Assembly: GCA_049472315.1 (NCBI GenBank)
Contig: JBLIRN010000012.1
Location: forward strand, 1-64,000
Source: a bacterium
GTDB taxonomy: Bacteria > SZUA-182 > DTGQ01 > JAFGSM01
Direction of reading: 5' to 3'
Length of the DNA stretch: 64,000 nucleotides
Part shown: piece by piece, positions 10,345 through 19,893 of the stretch
Position numbering within the stretch: the stretch's first letter is position 1
Layout: each line of letters starts with the position of its first letter
Translations under genes and position numbers: made by a program
Notes under the pieces: generated by a model
Databases searched by the model: none
Told to the model about the DNA's origin: nothing
The model's input: only the letters and a program-made list of their open reading frames with translations

Positions 10345-10923
10345 TTAAATAGGCGGTATACCCCAAAGCAGTGCTGGGGTCAATAGATTCGAGTATTCCG
10401 TAGGCGTTAGACCATATAGAAAAGAATAGGCCAAATTAGCAAAATCTATGGTAAGTCCGAAGTGTTTCAATGCAGTTGGGAGATATCCCGAATAATAGGG
10501 CAGATACGTGATAGGGAGTGGAGCGCCCGTCGCAGAATCAAGAAGATAACTGGGAGGAAATGGCATAAACCCATAAATCTCCTCAAATAATGTCAATCCG
10601 CCACCAAACGCTGGAGGTATATTATAAGCCAGCCAGACAGGGCCTTTTGGATTTAAAATCGCATCCCAGACTATGGCGGGCTGTACCGGAAGTACAGTAT
10701 TTTTGGAGAGTTCGGTGATTATGGGTGTAGTGCCGAGAAGCACAAGGGGATCCCAATTGAAATCCGTAACCAGGGGCGGAGACCAGAGGGGCCACAAGAG
10801 GTTGTATGGTGGCAGGGCTCTCCAATTCTGAGCCTGAATCGAGGGAGAACAGAACAATAGAATGGCCGCCAGGAGAATAAGCCCGGTTAATCCCCATCGC
10901 AGCAACTTCGTTTCTCGAAGCAT
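10345..10923 (-). CDS. Secreted PPYN-WPLW family protein, paralog 1
   Basis: GGAGG RBS; SIQA|QNWRALPPYNLLWPLWSP; LPVQP, YN-x-P, PPSYLLDSATGAP, LLTPALLWGIPPI. Confidence 0.9.
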   Translation of the reverse strand: MLRETKLLRWGLTGLILLAAILLFCSPSIQAQNWRALPPYNLLWPLWSPPLVTDFNWDPLVLLGTTPIITELSKNTVLPVQPAIVWDAILNPKGPVWLAYNIPPAFGGGLTLFEEIYGFMPFPPSYLLDSATGAPLPITYLPYYSGYLPTALKHFGLTIDFANLAYSFLYGLTPTEYSNLLTPALLWGIPPI

Positions 10924-11714
10924 CTCAACTCCTCCATAATTAATTGAGAAATAGAGTGATCACTTCAAATCAGTGCAAGATATCCATCGTGGATAAAAAT
11001 ACCCCCTTTCTTCATTTGCAGTCTTTTTATCTAATAAATTACATGTACATGAGAATCATCCGATTTCCTTGTGAACAAGTCCTATTCAGCACCAAATCAA
11101 CCGGCAAGCATACATTACCACCCCCTTCTCGCACATTCATGAAAACATGTTTTTTTCTACACGCATCCTTTCATTGTCAGATACTGCTGGAGTCGGGCCC
11201 TCTATCAACTCCACCATCTCTGACTTCCCTAAGATTGCCAGGATGCACCTTCAATATGGATAAGACTGGTTAATGATGTTTGGACATAAAAGGGAATGGC
11301 CCATACTGTAAAATGGAAACCAGAAATCCCCGGACCAAGGAATGAATATTCCGTAGCATGTATCTGGGAGCTACTGCAATGGTAACCAAATAGGAGGGTT
11401 AGATATCCTGAAGGAAGGATTAATGATCAATGACACTTGGTTTTGAAGAAACCACTATGAGAATAGAAGAAGCATATGATTGGGATCCAGCCCTTTTTAA
11501 CGAATGAGCACGTCTTCTTGATTGATTTACCTGTCGAATTTCAGTCGCATGGATCAATATCCCTAAGCCACCTCCATAAAAAATAGCTGATTCATAAGAT
11601 TTAAAAAAATATACACTATTTTTTTTCTCAAAATCAAATGAGTACTATTTTTTATAATCAACAGGGAAAATGCCCATCTTTTTATCAAAATCTTATGAGG
11701 ACACTTTATATAAA

Positions 11715-11743
11715 ATTATAAACAAATTATTTTTAAAAGTCAA
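11715..11743 (-). promoter_or_regulatory. Sigma70 promoter TTGACT-17-TATAAT
   Basis: agtcaa at 11738-11743 and attata at 11715-11720, 17-nt spacer, AT-rich context. Confidence 0.7.
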
Positions 11744-12008
11744 TCTAATAGTATCGATGTTATGTCAAGACAATATTATGGAAATACAAACACTTTTATA
11801 TATTTTTCTATTTATACTATTATCACATTTTTTTAGAATGATTATCAGATTTCCCAGCCAAGAGGGCATTGGATAGTATGCCCATGATAATCCCTGAAAC
11901 TGATACGGAGAGATAGCGACACAATGGTTTTGACAGATGTCTATTGGTAAGAATGGAGAAGAGAAAGGCAGCGGTATCGCACGAACCAACGGGACGGTAT
12001 CACGCTTA

Positions 12009-14738
12009 TCATTTCTGGAGCCTGATCTGTTCCTGTAACTGCCGGGAGCCCTGAAAATCCGGCTGAAGACGGAGGCATTCCTTCAAGGCAATGTCCGCAT
12101 CATCGTAGAGTCCCTGTTTGAAATAGGCAACAGCGCAGTTAAAGTGGATGGCCGGATCATCAGGCCTGAGCTCGGATGCCTTCATCCACGCACGGCCCGC
12201 CTTTTCATACTGCTCGGACTGAAAATAGACCATCCCCAGGTTCACCAGGTGGGTGGGGACATCCACGGGTCTGCCGGCAAAGGCCTGTTTCCATTCCTGT
12301 TGCGCATGTTCAAAATCACCCCCGTCAAAATAGAGGTTGCCCAGGTTCAGGTGGGCGCCTGCAAGGTCAGGCGACAGCTCCAGGGTACGCTGCCATTCCT
12401 GTGCTGCCTCCGCTGTATTTCCAAGGGCATGATACGCCTTGCCCAGATTGTAGTGAGCCCTCGGATCAACAGGGGCGATTGCGACCATGCGCTGAAAGTC
12501 GTCTATCGCCTCATCGAATTCCTGATTCTGCAGGTGCAGATACCCCAGTTGAGTGAGGGCATCGGCGGAATGGGGGTCTGTTTCGATGGCCCGCGTGAAG
12601 AGCCGTTCGGCATTGGTCCGCTCATTCATGCTCATGTAGAGCATCCCCAGATTGATCATGGCCTTCACGTAATCGGGGCGCAATTCCAGCGCCCTCTTCA
12701 GCATGGTGAGCGCCTGGTCGTATTTCCCCTGCCCGATATACAGGCTTCCCAGGTTGTTATTGGCCTCCTCACTGTTGGGATCCAGACGTACCGCCTCCTC
12801 AAAAAGCGCCGTTGCTTGGTCAGTCATTCCCCACCGCACATAGATCAATCCGAGATTATTGTGGGCGGTGACATGGGAGGGATCAACCTCCAGCACCTTC
12901 TTGAATTGTGCAGCCGCCGCCTGGAGGTCATTTCCTTGAAGAAAGAGATTTCCCAGATGGTTCAGTGCGTCGGCATAATCCGGGTCCAGCTCGATCGCCT
13001 TTTGAATGCTCGCAATGGCGGCCTTCAGGTTCCCCGTTTTACTGTACACAAGGCTCAAATTGTAATAAACCTCAGAATATTCAACAAGTTCAAGCGCTGC
13101 ATGATATTCGTTCTCCGCCTTTTCCCACTCCCCTCGCTGGTAGTAGATAACCCCCAGGTGATTGTGGACATCCAGGTGGGTCTGATCCATGCTCAGAACC
13201 TTGTTGAACAGGGCCTCTGCCTTTTCCAGGTCATTTATGCTTTCGTAGGCGCACGCAAGATTGAAGTAGCCTGCAGTGTTATCCTTATCCAGGTCCACCA
13301 CCTTCTGGAAGGCCTCGATTGCCTTGTCATAGAGCCCTATGAGGAGATACCCCATCCCATCGTCGATGTAGTTCATGATATGAATCTTATCCTTGGGATC
13401 GGGCTTTGGCTTTTCCTCCTGGTCGGCGGTCCGGGGCTGTGTCCACACATACCCGAGACTCCTCAGCCGCTGCTCAGTCTCAGGATCCATGGTCGCCTGG
13501 GGCTGTGCCTTGACCATCGGGGGGTACTCCCGTTTCAACTGATCGAGGCTGTTTTTCCATGCGGCGTGATCCTCGGGCGACTGTGCCAGCACATTGTTCA
13601 TTTCCCCTGCATCCCTGCCCAGATGGTAGAGCTCGGATACCGGGGCCTGGATGAATTTCCACTCCGGCGTCCGTATCCCCTCAAGGGCGCTCCAGCCGAA
13701 ATTGAGCTCAGGGCAGAGGCTTTCGCAGATCAACTGCGGATGGATCTGCACATCCTTCCCGCGCATGAGGGGAATGAGGCTCTTTCCGGCAAGGCCCTTC
13801 AGAGGCTTGAATCCGAACAGATCGATCACGGTGGGCGTGACATCCATATTGCTCACCTGGGCAGTGATGGTCCTGCCGCCCTCCAAAAGGCCTGGTACCT
13901 TGACGATAAGTGGGACATGAAGGGTTGAATCGTAGATAAAGACCGCATGGGTAAGCTCGTTGTGGTCACCCAACCCCTCCCCGTGATCCGCAGTCAGAAT
14001 AATCACGGTCTTGTCGAGCAGTCCCATATCCGCCATGCCCTTGAATAGCTCCCCCAGGCAGTGGTCCGTATAGGCGATCTCGCCGTCATACAGGTGATCC
14101 CTGTAATCAAGGGTATAGGGATAGGGAGGGAAGTAGGGGGAGTGCGGGTCGTAGTAATGGAGCCACAGAAAAAATTTGTCACCCTGGTTTCGCTTTAGAA
14201 AGCGAAGCCCGATCCTGGTGACCTGACCTGCGTTCCTCTCATTGAACAAGACATTGGTTCGTTTCTTGCCCGGGGTGAAATTATCATCATAAAAATCAAA
14301 ACCCTGGTCCAGTCCGAAGATGGAATCGAGGACAAAGGCGCCCACGCAGGCACCTGTCTGATACCCATTTTCCCGCATGACCTCTGCCAGGGTAAGAACC
14401 TCCGGGCTCAGATAAAAGTTTCCATTGTTCCTTACCCCATGCTGTGAGGGATAGAGGCCGGTCATGATGGAGGTATGGGAGGGCAAGGTGATGGGCACGG
14501 GGGTGATGGCCTGGGTGAAGACCGCCCCTTCGGAGGCCAGTCGATCGATTACGGGAGTTTTCACCCTGCTGTATCCGTAACATCCCAGATGATCGGCACG
14601 AAGCGTATCAATGGTGATAATGAGAAGGTTGTAGTCGAGCGGCTTGGACCTGGAGCCCATTGCCATGGCCCCTGATCCGAAGGAGAGGCAGAGGGCGGCA
14701 ACCACGAGAAACAGGGGAAGCGCGCTAAGGCGTCTCAT
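12009..14738 (-). CDS. Secreted sulfatase-like hydrolase/transferase with long TPR array (close paralog of 7123-9876)
   Basis: Signal peptide; ITIDTLRADHLGCYGY, PITLPSHTSIMTG, ADHGE, LRSLGY; TPRs; ATGA overlap with the upstream gene. Confidence 0.9.
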   Translation of the reverse strand: MRRLSALPLFLVVAALCLSFGSGAMAMGSRSKPLDYNLLIITIDTLRADHLGCYGYSRVKTPVIDRLASEGAVFTQAITPVPITLPSHTSIMTGLYPSQHGVRNNGNFYLSPEVLTLAEVMRENGYQTGACVGAFVLDSIFGLDQGFDFYDDNFTPGKKRTNVLFNERNAGQVTRIGLRFLKRNQGDKFFLWLHYYDPHSPYFPPYPYTLDYRDHLYDGEIAYTDHCLGELFKGMADMGLLDKTVIILTADHGEGLGDHNELTHAVFIYDSTLHVPLIVKVPGLLEGGRTITAQVSNMDVTPTVIDLFGFKPLKGLAGKSLIPLMRGKDVQIHPQLICESLCPELNFGWSALEGIRTPEWKFIQAPVSELYHLGRDAGEMNNVLAQSPEDHAAWKNSLDQLKREYPPMVKAQPQATMDPETEQRLRSLGYVWTQPRTADQEEKPKPDPKDKIHIMNYIDDGMGYLLIGLYDKAIEAFQKVVDLDKDNTAGYFNLACAYESINDLEKAEALFNKVLSMDQTHLDVHNHLGVIYYQRGEWEKAENEYHAALELVEYSEVYYNLSLVYSKTGNLKAAIASIQKAIELDPDYADALNHLGNLFLQGNDLQAAAAQFKKVLEVDPSHVTAHNNLGLIYVRWGMTDQATALFEEAVRLDPNSEEANNNLGSLYIGQGKYDQALTMLKRALELRPDYVKAMINLGMLYMSMNERTNAERLFTRAIETDPHSADALTQLGYLHLQNQEFDEAIDDFQRMVAIAPVDPRAHYNLGKAYHALGNTAEAAQEWQRTLELSPDLAGAHLNLGNLYFDGGDFEHAQQEWKQAFAGRPVDVPTHLVNLGMVYFQSEQYEKAGRAWMKASELRPDDPAIHFNCAVAYFKQGLYDDADIALKECLRLQPDFQGSRQLQEQIRLQK

Positions 14739-16951
14739 TTCTTTTCGCCCTTTTCTACCATGGGATAGAGCCTCACCAGCATCTGCCGCGCCTGGACGAA
14801 ATCGGGCTTTATATTGAGGGCCTCCTGGAATTCATCAATGGCATCCCTGAGGTTATTCCGTTTGTAGTGGATGAATCCCAGATTGAAATGGGCCTCGGCA
14901 CTCATGGGATCATGCGCTATTGCCTGTTTGAACGCATGAATGGCTTCATCGAGCCTATCCTGCTGAAAATAGACAAGGCCGAGAAAATAGTGGGCACGGC
15001 TGAAATCCGGCCTTATGGCGACCGCCTTCTTCAGGACATCCAGGGCATCGGGGAGGCGCTCGGTCGCCTGATACACGGAACCGAGACTCAGCAGTGCCAT
15101 GGTGTCGTTCGGATCCTTTTGCAGAACGGCATCCGCCTCGGACACGGCGCTGTCGAAATCCCCCAATCTCTGGTACACCACCGAAAGATAATTATGGGCG
15201 CTGGTATCGCCGGAGTCAAGCTCCAGGACCTTCCGGAAATAATCCCGCGCCTGTGGCCACTCCCCTTGCTGAAAATGGTAGAGGGCCATATTGGTATACG
15301 CCTCTTTGCACCGGGGGTTGAAATCGAGGGCCTTTTTGAAGGTGGCAAGCCCCTCCTCGTAGCGACCCACCTTCATGTAGCCCACCCCGAGTTGAATGTA
15401 GATCCGCAGGTTCTCCGACTCCAGCTCAAGGGCCTTTTCAAACGCCTCAATGGATTTGGCATCCTCTCCCATTGCATCGTAGATATGGCCTATGGTGACA
15501 TAGGCATCGGTATTCTCCGGATGGAGCTTCAACACCTTTTGAAACAGGCGCAACGCCTTGTCGTATTCTGCCTCTGCAAAATAGGCGGCCCCCTTGTCGA
15601 TATCCTCAAGGACCTTGATCATATCCTTGGGATCGGGATATGTCTTCCTCTGTTCGCCGCTGGTGGGCGTCCATACATACCCGAGGCTCCTCATCTTCTC
15701 CATCGTCTCCTTGTCCATTGCCACCTGCTGCGACGGGGCCTCGCCTTCCGGCTCCATTTCTTTGACCACCTCGGCAAAACGAAGGGTCATGACCTTGGCC
15801 TGTTCCCTTTCCTTCTTGAATAGGTTTGCCTTCTCCTCAGTGTCCTTATCCAGACGATAGAGTTCCTCTGTGGGGGCCTCGATATACTTCCACGTCTCGG
15901 TCCTCAATCCCTTTAGGGGACTCCAGTTGTGGGTGGATTTCGGGTAAAAGGATTCGCAGTAAAGATCGAGTTCCCGTGCGGACCCCTTACCCAGCATCAT
16001 TGGGGACAATGAGACACCCTGCATATGTTCGGGTATCTTGTATCCGATTATCTCAAGGATCGTGGGGGTTATGTCGATCAACCGTACGAGGCGGGGGATG
16101 CGTTTTCCGGCCGGGAGCATGCGCGGGCAACTGATGATCATGGGCACCCATATGGTCGAGTCGTAGATGAAAATCCCGTGGTTTTTTTCATGGTGGTCCC
16201 CGAGGCCCTCCCCATGATCACCCGCGAACAGAATGAGGGTGTTCTGGGTCAGTCCGAGGCTGTCCATTCTGTCAAACAGTTTCCCAAGCCAGTAATCGGC
16301 ATAGGCGATCTCCCCGTCATAGGGGTTCTTTTTGTAGGTATCGTCATAGGGGGAAGGAGGCGCCCAGGCATCATGGGGATCGAAGTAGTGAACCCACAGG
16401 AAAAAGCCCTTCTCCCCTACCCTATCCAGCCATTCCATTGCCGCCCTGGTGACGGTCTCCGCGCGCCTCTCCTTCTGTTTCAGCTTCGGCTCCACATTGG
16501 TCTCCAGGTCGTCGTCGTAGGTGTCGAATCCCTGATCAAGGCCGAAACGCCTGTCAAGGACATAGGCGGACACGAAGGCTGCGGTTGCATACCCGCGGTC
16601 CTTGAGCATTTCCGGAAGGGTCACCACGGAATCCGGGAGTGCATAGGTCGCATTGTTCCGAATGCCGTGCGACGGGGGATAAAGCCCGGTGAGCATGGAG
16701 GAATGGGAGGGGAAGGTTATGGGCACCGGGGTGAACGCCTTCTCAAAGAGACACCCCCTTTTTGCCAGGCGATCGATGTTCGGCGTCTTCACCTGCTTGT
16801 ATCCGTAACATGCGATGTGATCGGCACGGGTGGTATCGAAGGTTACCAGGAGGATGTTCAATCGCGGGGGCTTTTCCGCCTCCGCGATTGAACATATTAA
16901 AAGGGAAATAAGGGAGAAGATGAAAACGCGTTTTACCCTATCAATCATCAA
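14735..16951 (-). CDS. Secreted sulfatase-like hydrolase/transferase with TPR array
   Basis: Signal peptide; VTFDTTRADHIACYGY, PITFPSHSSMLTG, HYFDPHD, GDHGE, MRSLGY; about 8 TPRs. Confidence 0.9.
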   Translation of the reverse strand: MMIDRVKRVFIFSLISLLICSIAEAEKPPRLNILLVTFDTTRADHIACYGYKQVKTPNIDRLAKRGCLFEKAFTPVPITFPSHSSMLTGLYPPSHGIRNNATYALPDSVVTLPEMLKDRGYATAAFVSAYVLDRRFGLDQGFDTYDDDLETNVEPKLKQKERRAETVTRAAMEWLDRVGEKGFFLWVHYFDPHDAWAPPSPYDDTYKKNPYDGEIAYADYWLGKLFDRMDSLGLTQNTLILFAGDHGEGLGDHHEKNHGIFIYDSTIWVPMIISCPRMLPAGKRIPRLVRLIDITPTILEIIGYKIPEHMQGVSLSPMMLGKGSARELDLYCESFYPKSTHNWSPLKGLRTETWKYIEAPTEELYRLDKDTEEKANLFKKEREQAKVMTLRFAEVVKEMEPEGEAPSQQVAMDKETMEKMRSLGYVWTPTSGEQRKTYPDPKDMIKVLEDIDKGAAYFAEAEYDKALRLFQKVLKLHPENTDAYVTIGHIYDAMGEDAKSIEAFEKALELESENLRIYIQLGVGYMKVGRYEEGLATFKKALDFNPRCKEAYTNMALYHFQQGEWPQARDYFRKVLELDSGDTSAHNYLSVVYQRLGDFDSAVSEADAVLQKDPNDTMALLSLGSVYQATERLPDALDVLKKAVAIRPDFSRAHYFLGLVYFQQDRLDEAIHAFKQAIAHDPMSAEAHFNLGFIHYKRNNLRDAIDEFQEALNIKPDFVQARQMLVRLYPMVEKGEKK

Positions 16952-17325
16952 AACATAAACTCCTTCATAAATGGAATTATGGCCTGTCTCGGGGCGATAT
17001 CATAGGTAGCGGCATAATTGGTGACCAGAGCCCCATAATAATCCGCCAGCGGGTCATGGGCATACAGGAACGGGGTAGTCTGGGCCATGTCGAAGAATTT
17101 GAGGGCGTAAACCAGATAGCTATACCCTCCAAGGGCAGGCATATAATAATAAGGATACCCGGAGAACCGGGAGAGGTTCATGAGAGAAAAATAGGTATAT
17201 CCAGGAAACCCGTACCCCCACAGTGAATACTGGGCTGAGGTAATGCCGCTGAACAAACATACGATTACCCCTGCGATCATGACAATACAAAGAACCATCA
17301 CACAACACCTCGTCAATCGTGCCAT
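16948..17325 (-). CDS. Secreted Tyr-rich small hypothetical protein
   Basis: G-rich RBS; signal peptide ending TSA|QY; stop overlaps the start of the sulfatase-TPR gene. Confidence 0.75.
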   Translation of the reverse strand: MARLTRCCVMVLCIVMIAGVIVCLFSGITSAQYSLWGYGFPGYTYFSLMNLSRFSGYPYYYMPALGGYSYLVYALKFFDMAQTTPFLYAHDPLADYYGALVTNYAATYDIAPRQAIIPFMKEFMF

Positions 17326-17744
17326 GATACTCTCCCCCCCTTTGTTATTCTCTCCCTTTTCCTGCCTAAAATCAAGGAGGAATGAAGGGAGTCGGCAATT
17401 TCAATTGTGACATTTGATAGCCGTGGGCAGGCCCTTTCGGAATGAAGTGGGAAGGCCTTTTAAAGGCTTTTTGTACAAAACAAGACCTATGACATTGCGG
17501 ATCTTGAGTAAAAAGTTTTCCGCACTGTAGACGAGCGAGTCTCAAAAACTCTAAAAGGCCTACCCATGTAACAAGGTCAATATGTTTTCTCACCCTTTTA
17601 GACCAAAGGCATCACCTCCGGATCCATCTTCTTGTGATCCCTAACTGGGCATAATTACCCACTGTTTGCGGCGGGGATCATTCATCTCCAGATCAAAAAT
17701 TTCAATAACCATCCTAATGGATCCCGCTCCGGTCCGAATCAAAA

Positions 17745-18320
17745 TTACCATGACGTAGCTGCCAAAACCCCTGGAACCCCATACACGTCATAATAGGTCA
17801 GAAGCGAAAATGGATCGACACCCAGGGCATTGCCGTACCCGAGCAAATAGTACTGATTGCTCAATTCAAAAAGATACAAGGCAAGCGAGAGTGGCGGCGG
17901 TTTAAGAATGGACCAGCCTAATGGCAATGCGATCGGGACCGGTGCGCCTGATATCGGATCCAGCAAGTCAGGGGGCGGAAATGGCTTCAATCCGAAAAAT
18001 ACATCATAGTACACAACCCCTCCGGGCGAATTATATAGAAGCCATGGATTCACATACCCCATGGGTAGCTCAAATCCATTGGGATTGAACAGATAGGTCG
18101 GCTGAACCGGCAGTATGGTACTGCGGGTCACCTCGCTCAACAATGGCGTGGGAAGGCCGGTGAGCGGATCGGGTGGGGAATAGACCGGAGACCACAGGGG
18201 CCAAAGCAGATTATAAGGGGGCATGATTGCCCAATCCTGTGCCGAAGCCGGTGTGCCCTTGATTAACAAAAGGACCATCATCAAGGTCAAGAGCAGGAAT
18301 AACCATTTTTTTCTCATCAT
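17745..18320 (-). CDS. Secreted PPYN-WPLW family protein, paralog 2
   Basis: ASA|QDWAIMPPYNLLWPLWSP and family motifs. Confidence 0.9.
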   Translation of the reverse strand: MMRKKWLFLLLTLMMVLLLIKGTPASAQDWAIMPPYNLLWPLWSPVYSPPDPLTGLPTPLLSEVTRSTILPVQPTYLFNPNGFELPMGYVNPWLLYNSPGGVVYYDVFFGLKPFPPPDLLDPISGAPVPIALPLGWSILKPPPLSLALYLFELSNQYYLLGYGNALGVDPFSLLTYYDVYGVPGVLAATSW

Positions 18321-18377
18321 TGTTCATCTCCTTACGTATTAATTAGGTTCGATTCAATTTTCATCAAATCAATTGAT

Positions 18378-18956
18378 CTAGTATACGCCCACAGTGAGTG
18401 GGGGTATCCCCCAGAATTCTGCAGGTGTGAGCAGGTTCGCAAGCGGCACGCCATAGGTGTTGGCGTACACCAGATTTCCCAGGATATAATGATAGGCGTT
18501 GATTTCATCAAACGCAATCGATCCTAAAAGCCAATAGGATAAAGGCAGGGGAATGGGCGCCGGGGTACCGGTCAATGGATCCAGCATGTAATCCGGGGGA
18601 AATGGTCTCATCCCGTAGTATTGATCCCAGATCATGAGTCCGCCACCAAAGGCCAGAGGGGCATTATACGCCAGCCATGGCAAAGGTCCGTTATTCGCCT
18701 CCGGGGAGGCAGGGTCCCATATCATGGCCGGCTGAACCGGAAGTATCGTCATTCGGGTCAGGGCGTTGACCAGAGGGGTCGGCACGCCGGTAATCGGGTC
18801 CAGCGGAGACAGAGCCGGAGACCACAATGGCCACAATACATTATAGGGCGGCAAGGCAACCCAGTTGTCTGCCTGGGCATAGGTGAAAAACAACAGGCCC
18901 ACCAGAACAGTCAATATCATGATTAAAAATATGTTCCATCTTTTTCTATGCATCAT
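18378..18956 (-). CDS. Secreted PPYN-WPLW family protein, paralog 3
   Basis: AQA|DNWVALPPYNVLWPLWSP; start moved to the MMHRK ATG after the GGAG RBS. Confidence 0.9.
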   Translation of the reverse strand: MMHRKRWNIFLIMILTVLVGLLFFTYAQADNWVALPPYNVLWPLWSPALSPLDPITGVPTPLVNALTRMTILPVQPAMIWDPASPEANNGPLPWLAYNAPLAFGGGLMIWDQYYGMRPFPPDYMLDPLTGTPAPIPLPLSYWLLGSIAFDEINAYHYILGNLVYANTYGVPLANLLTPAEFWGIPPLTVGVY

Positions 18957-19040
18957 TATTCTCCCTTCCATTCAATGATCTCTTCCCTGGATCGGGGATT
19001 ATTTCATTCATTCAACGGACTCCCTCCCACGATGAGCACC

Positions 19041-19625
19041 TTACAAAATAATGGGTGTCGTCGGGACACCGGTACGCAGCACTGGTCCCCAGATATCAAA
19101 GGGCTGTAACAGGCTCAGGAATTCCAGGCCGCTGAGTCCGAAGGTAAGGGCGTAGTAGATATTCGCCATGGGCACGTAATATTCCCATTCCCCTGATGCA
19201 TAGGGTGCCAACAGGGTGGGTGCCAATGGCAGAGGAATCGGTGCTGGCGCACCGGTCAGAGGATCCAGCATATAACTTGGCGGCCAGGGATTGATGCCAT
19301 ACGCCTCATGATAATACAACAGCCCTGAGCCGAAGGCCGCGGGCGTATTATATAGAAGATATGGCACCGGTTGGCATGGGTCCCAGACCAAACCGGGCTG
19401 GACCGGCAGTACCGTATTCCTGGTCAATGAACTGACCAGGGGTGTCGTTAGGCCCGTGATCGGATCAAGGGGTGATAATCCGGGAGACCAAAGGGGCCAC
19501 AAGACATTATAGGGTGGCATAATGGTCCAGTACTGGGCCTGAATACTGATGGCGCAAACCAGACACAACGCCGCCATAAAGGTCATCATGACAATAAGGC
19601 TTTTGCAGTTCTTTGACATATTCAT
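19041..19625 (-). CDS. Secreted PPYN-WPLW family protein, paralog 4
   Basis: IQA|QYWTIMPPYNVLWPLWSP; GGAGG RBS. Confidence 0.9.
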   Translation of the reverse strand: MNMSKNCKSLIVMMTFMAALCLVCAISIQAQYWTIMPPYNVLWPLWSPGLSPLDPITGLTTPLVSSLTRNTVLPVQPGLVWDPCQPVPYLLYNTPAAFGSGLLYYHEAYGINPWPPSYMLDPLTGAPAPIPLPLAPTLLAPYASGEWEYYVPMANIYYALTFGLSGLEFLSLLQPFDIWGPVLRTGVPTTPIIL

Positions 19626-19682
19626 TTGTCCCTCCGAACCTTATTTCACTTCAATAAAACCAGCTCTCATTAAACAAAGGTA

Positions 19683-19835
19683 GGTATTGATCATCCACCG
19701 ATCACCTCCCGGTAGTAACAATAATTGTTTTTGCATCGCAAAGAGAATGGTATGTATCATCCATCGATCACCTCCCGGCAGTATGGATAATGGGTTTCCC
19801 GTATGAAGGGATTGAATGGTTATGGATCGTAATCG
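19683..19835 (-). repeat. About 2.3 copies of a 66-bp direct repeat; the two full copies carry GGAGGTGATC (perfect Shine-Dalgarno)
   Basis: gatcacctcccgg at 19700 and 19766 (period 66) with similar flanks. Confidence 0.8.
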
Positions 19836-19893
19836 ACTGTGTCATCAAATATTCGAGTGCGGAGAACGGCGATGCTCCCTCAGAGGGACATGA

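Noticed and set aside
10944..11989. Small ORFs in AT-rich intergenic DNA (10944-11273, 11670-11876, 11765-11989; also 20604-21092 and 52925-53647)
   Set aside because: No convincing RBS or motif; they overlap promoters, repeats or real genes.
12144..13928. 594-aa + strand ORF and other long antisense ORFs (14867-15823, 60270-61730, 61964-63121, 62883-63845)
   Set aside because: They lie opposite well-supported genes, have no recognisable motifs, and are explained by codon-bias shadow frames.
17330..17740. c-di-GMP-I or other known riboswitch in this or the other long leaders
   Set aside because: Only fragments (for example GCCTTTGGTCTAA on the minus strand) resemble the consensus; the GGCAAA-stem-GAAA-GCAAA architecture could not be found by eye. 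An Rfam scan would be needed.
19700..19775. 16S rRNA 3'-end fragments (GATCACCTCC)
   Set aside because: No flanking rRNA homology; the motif is better explained as a minus-strand Shine-Dalgarno sequence.
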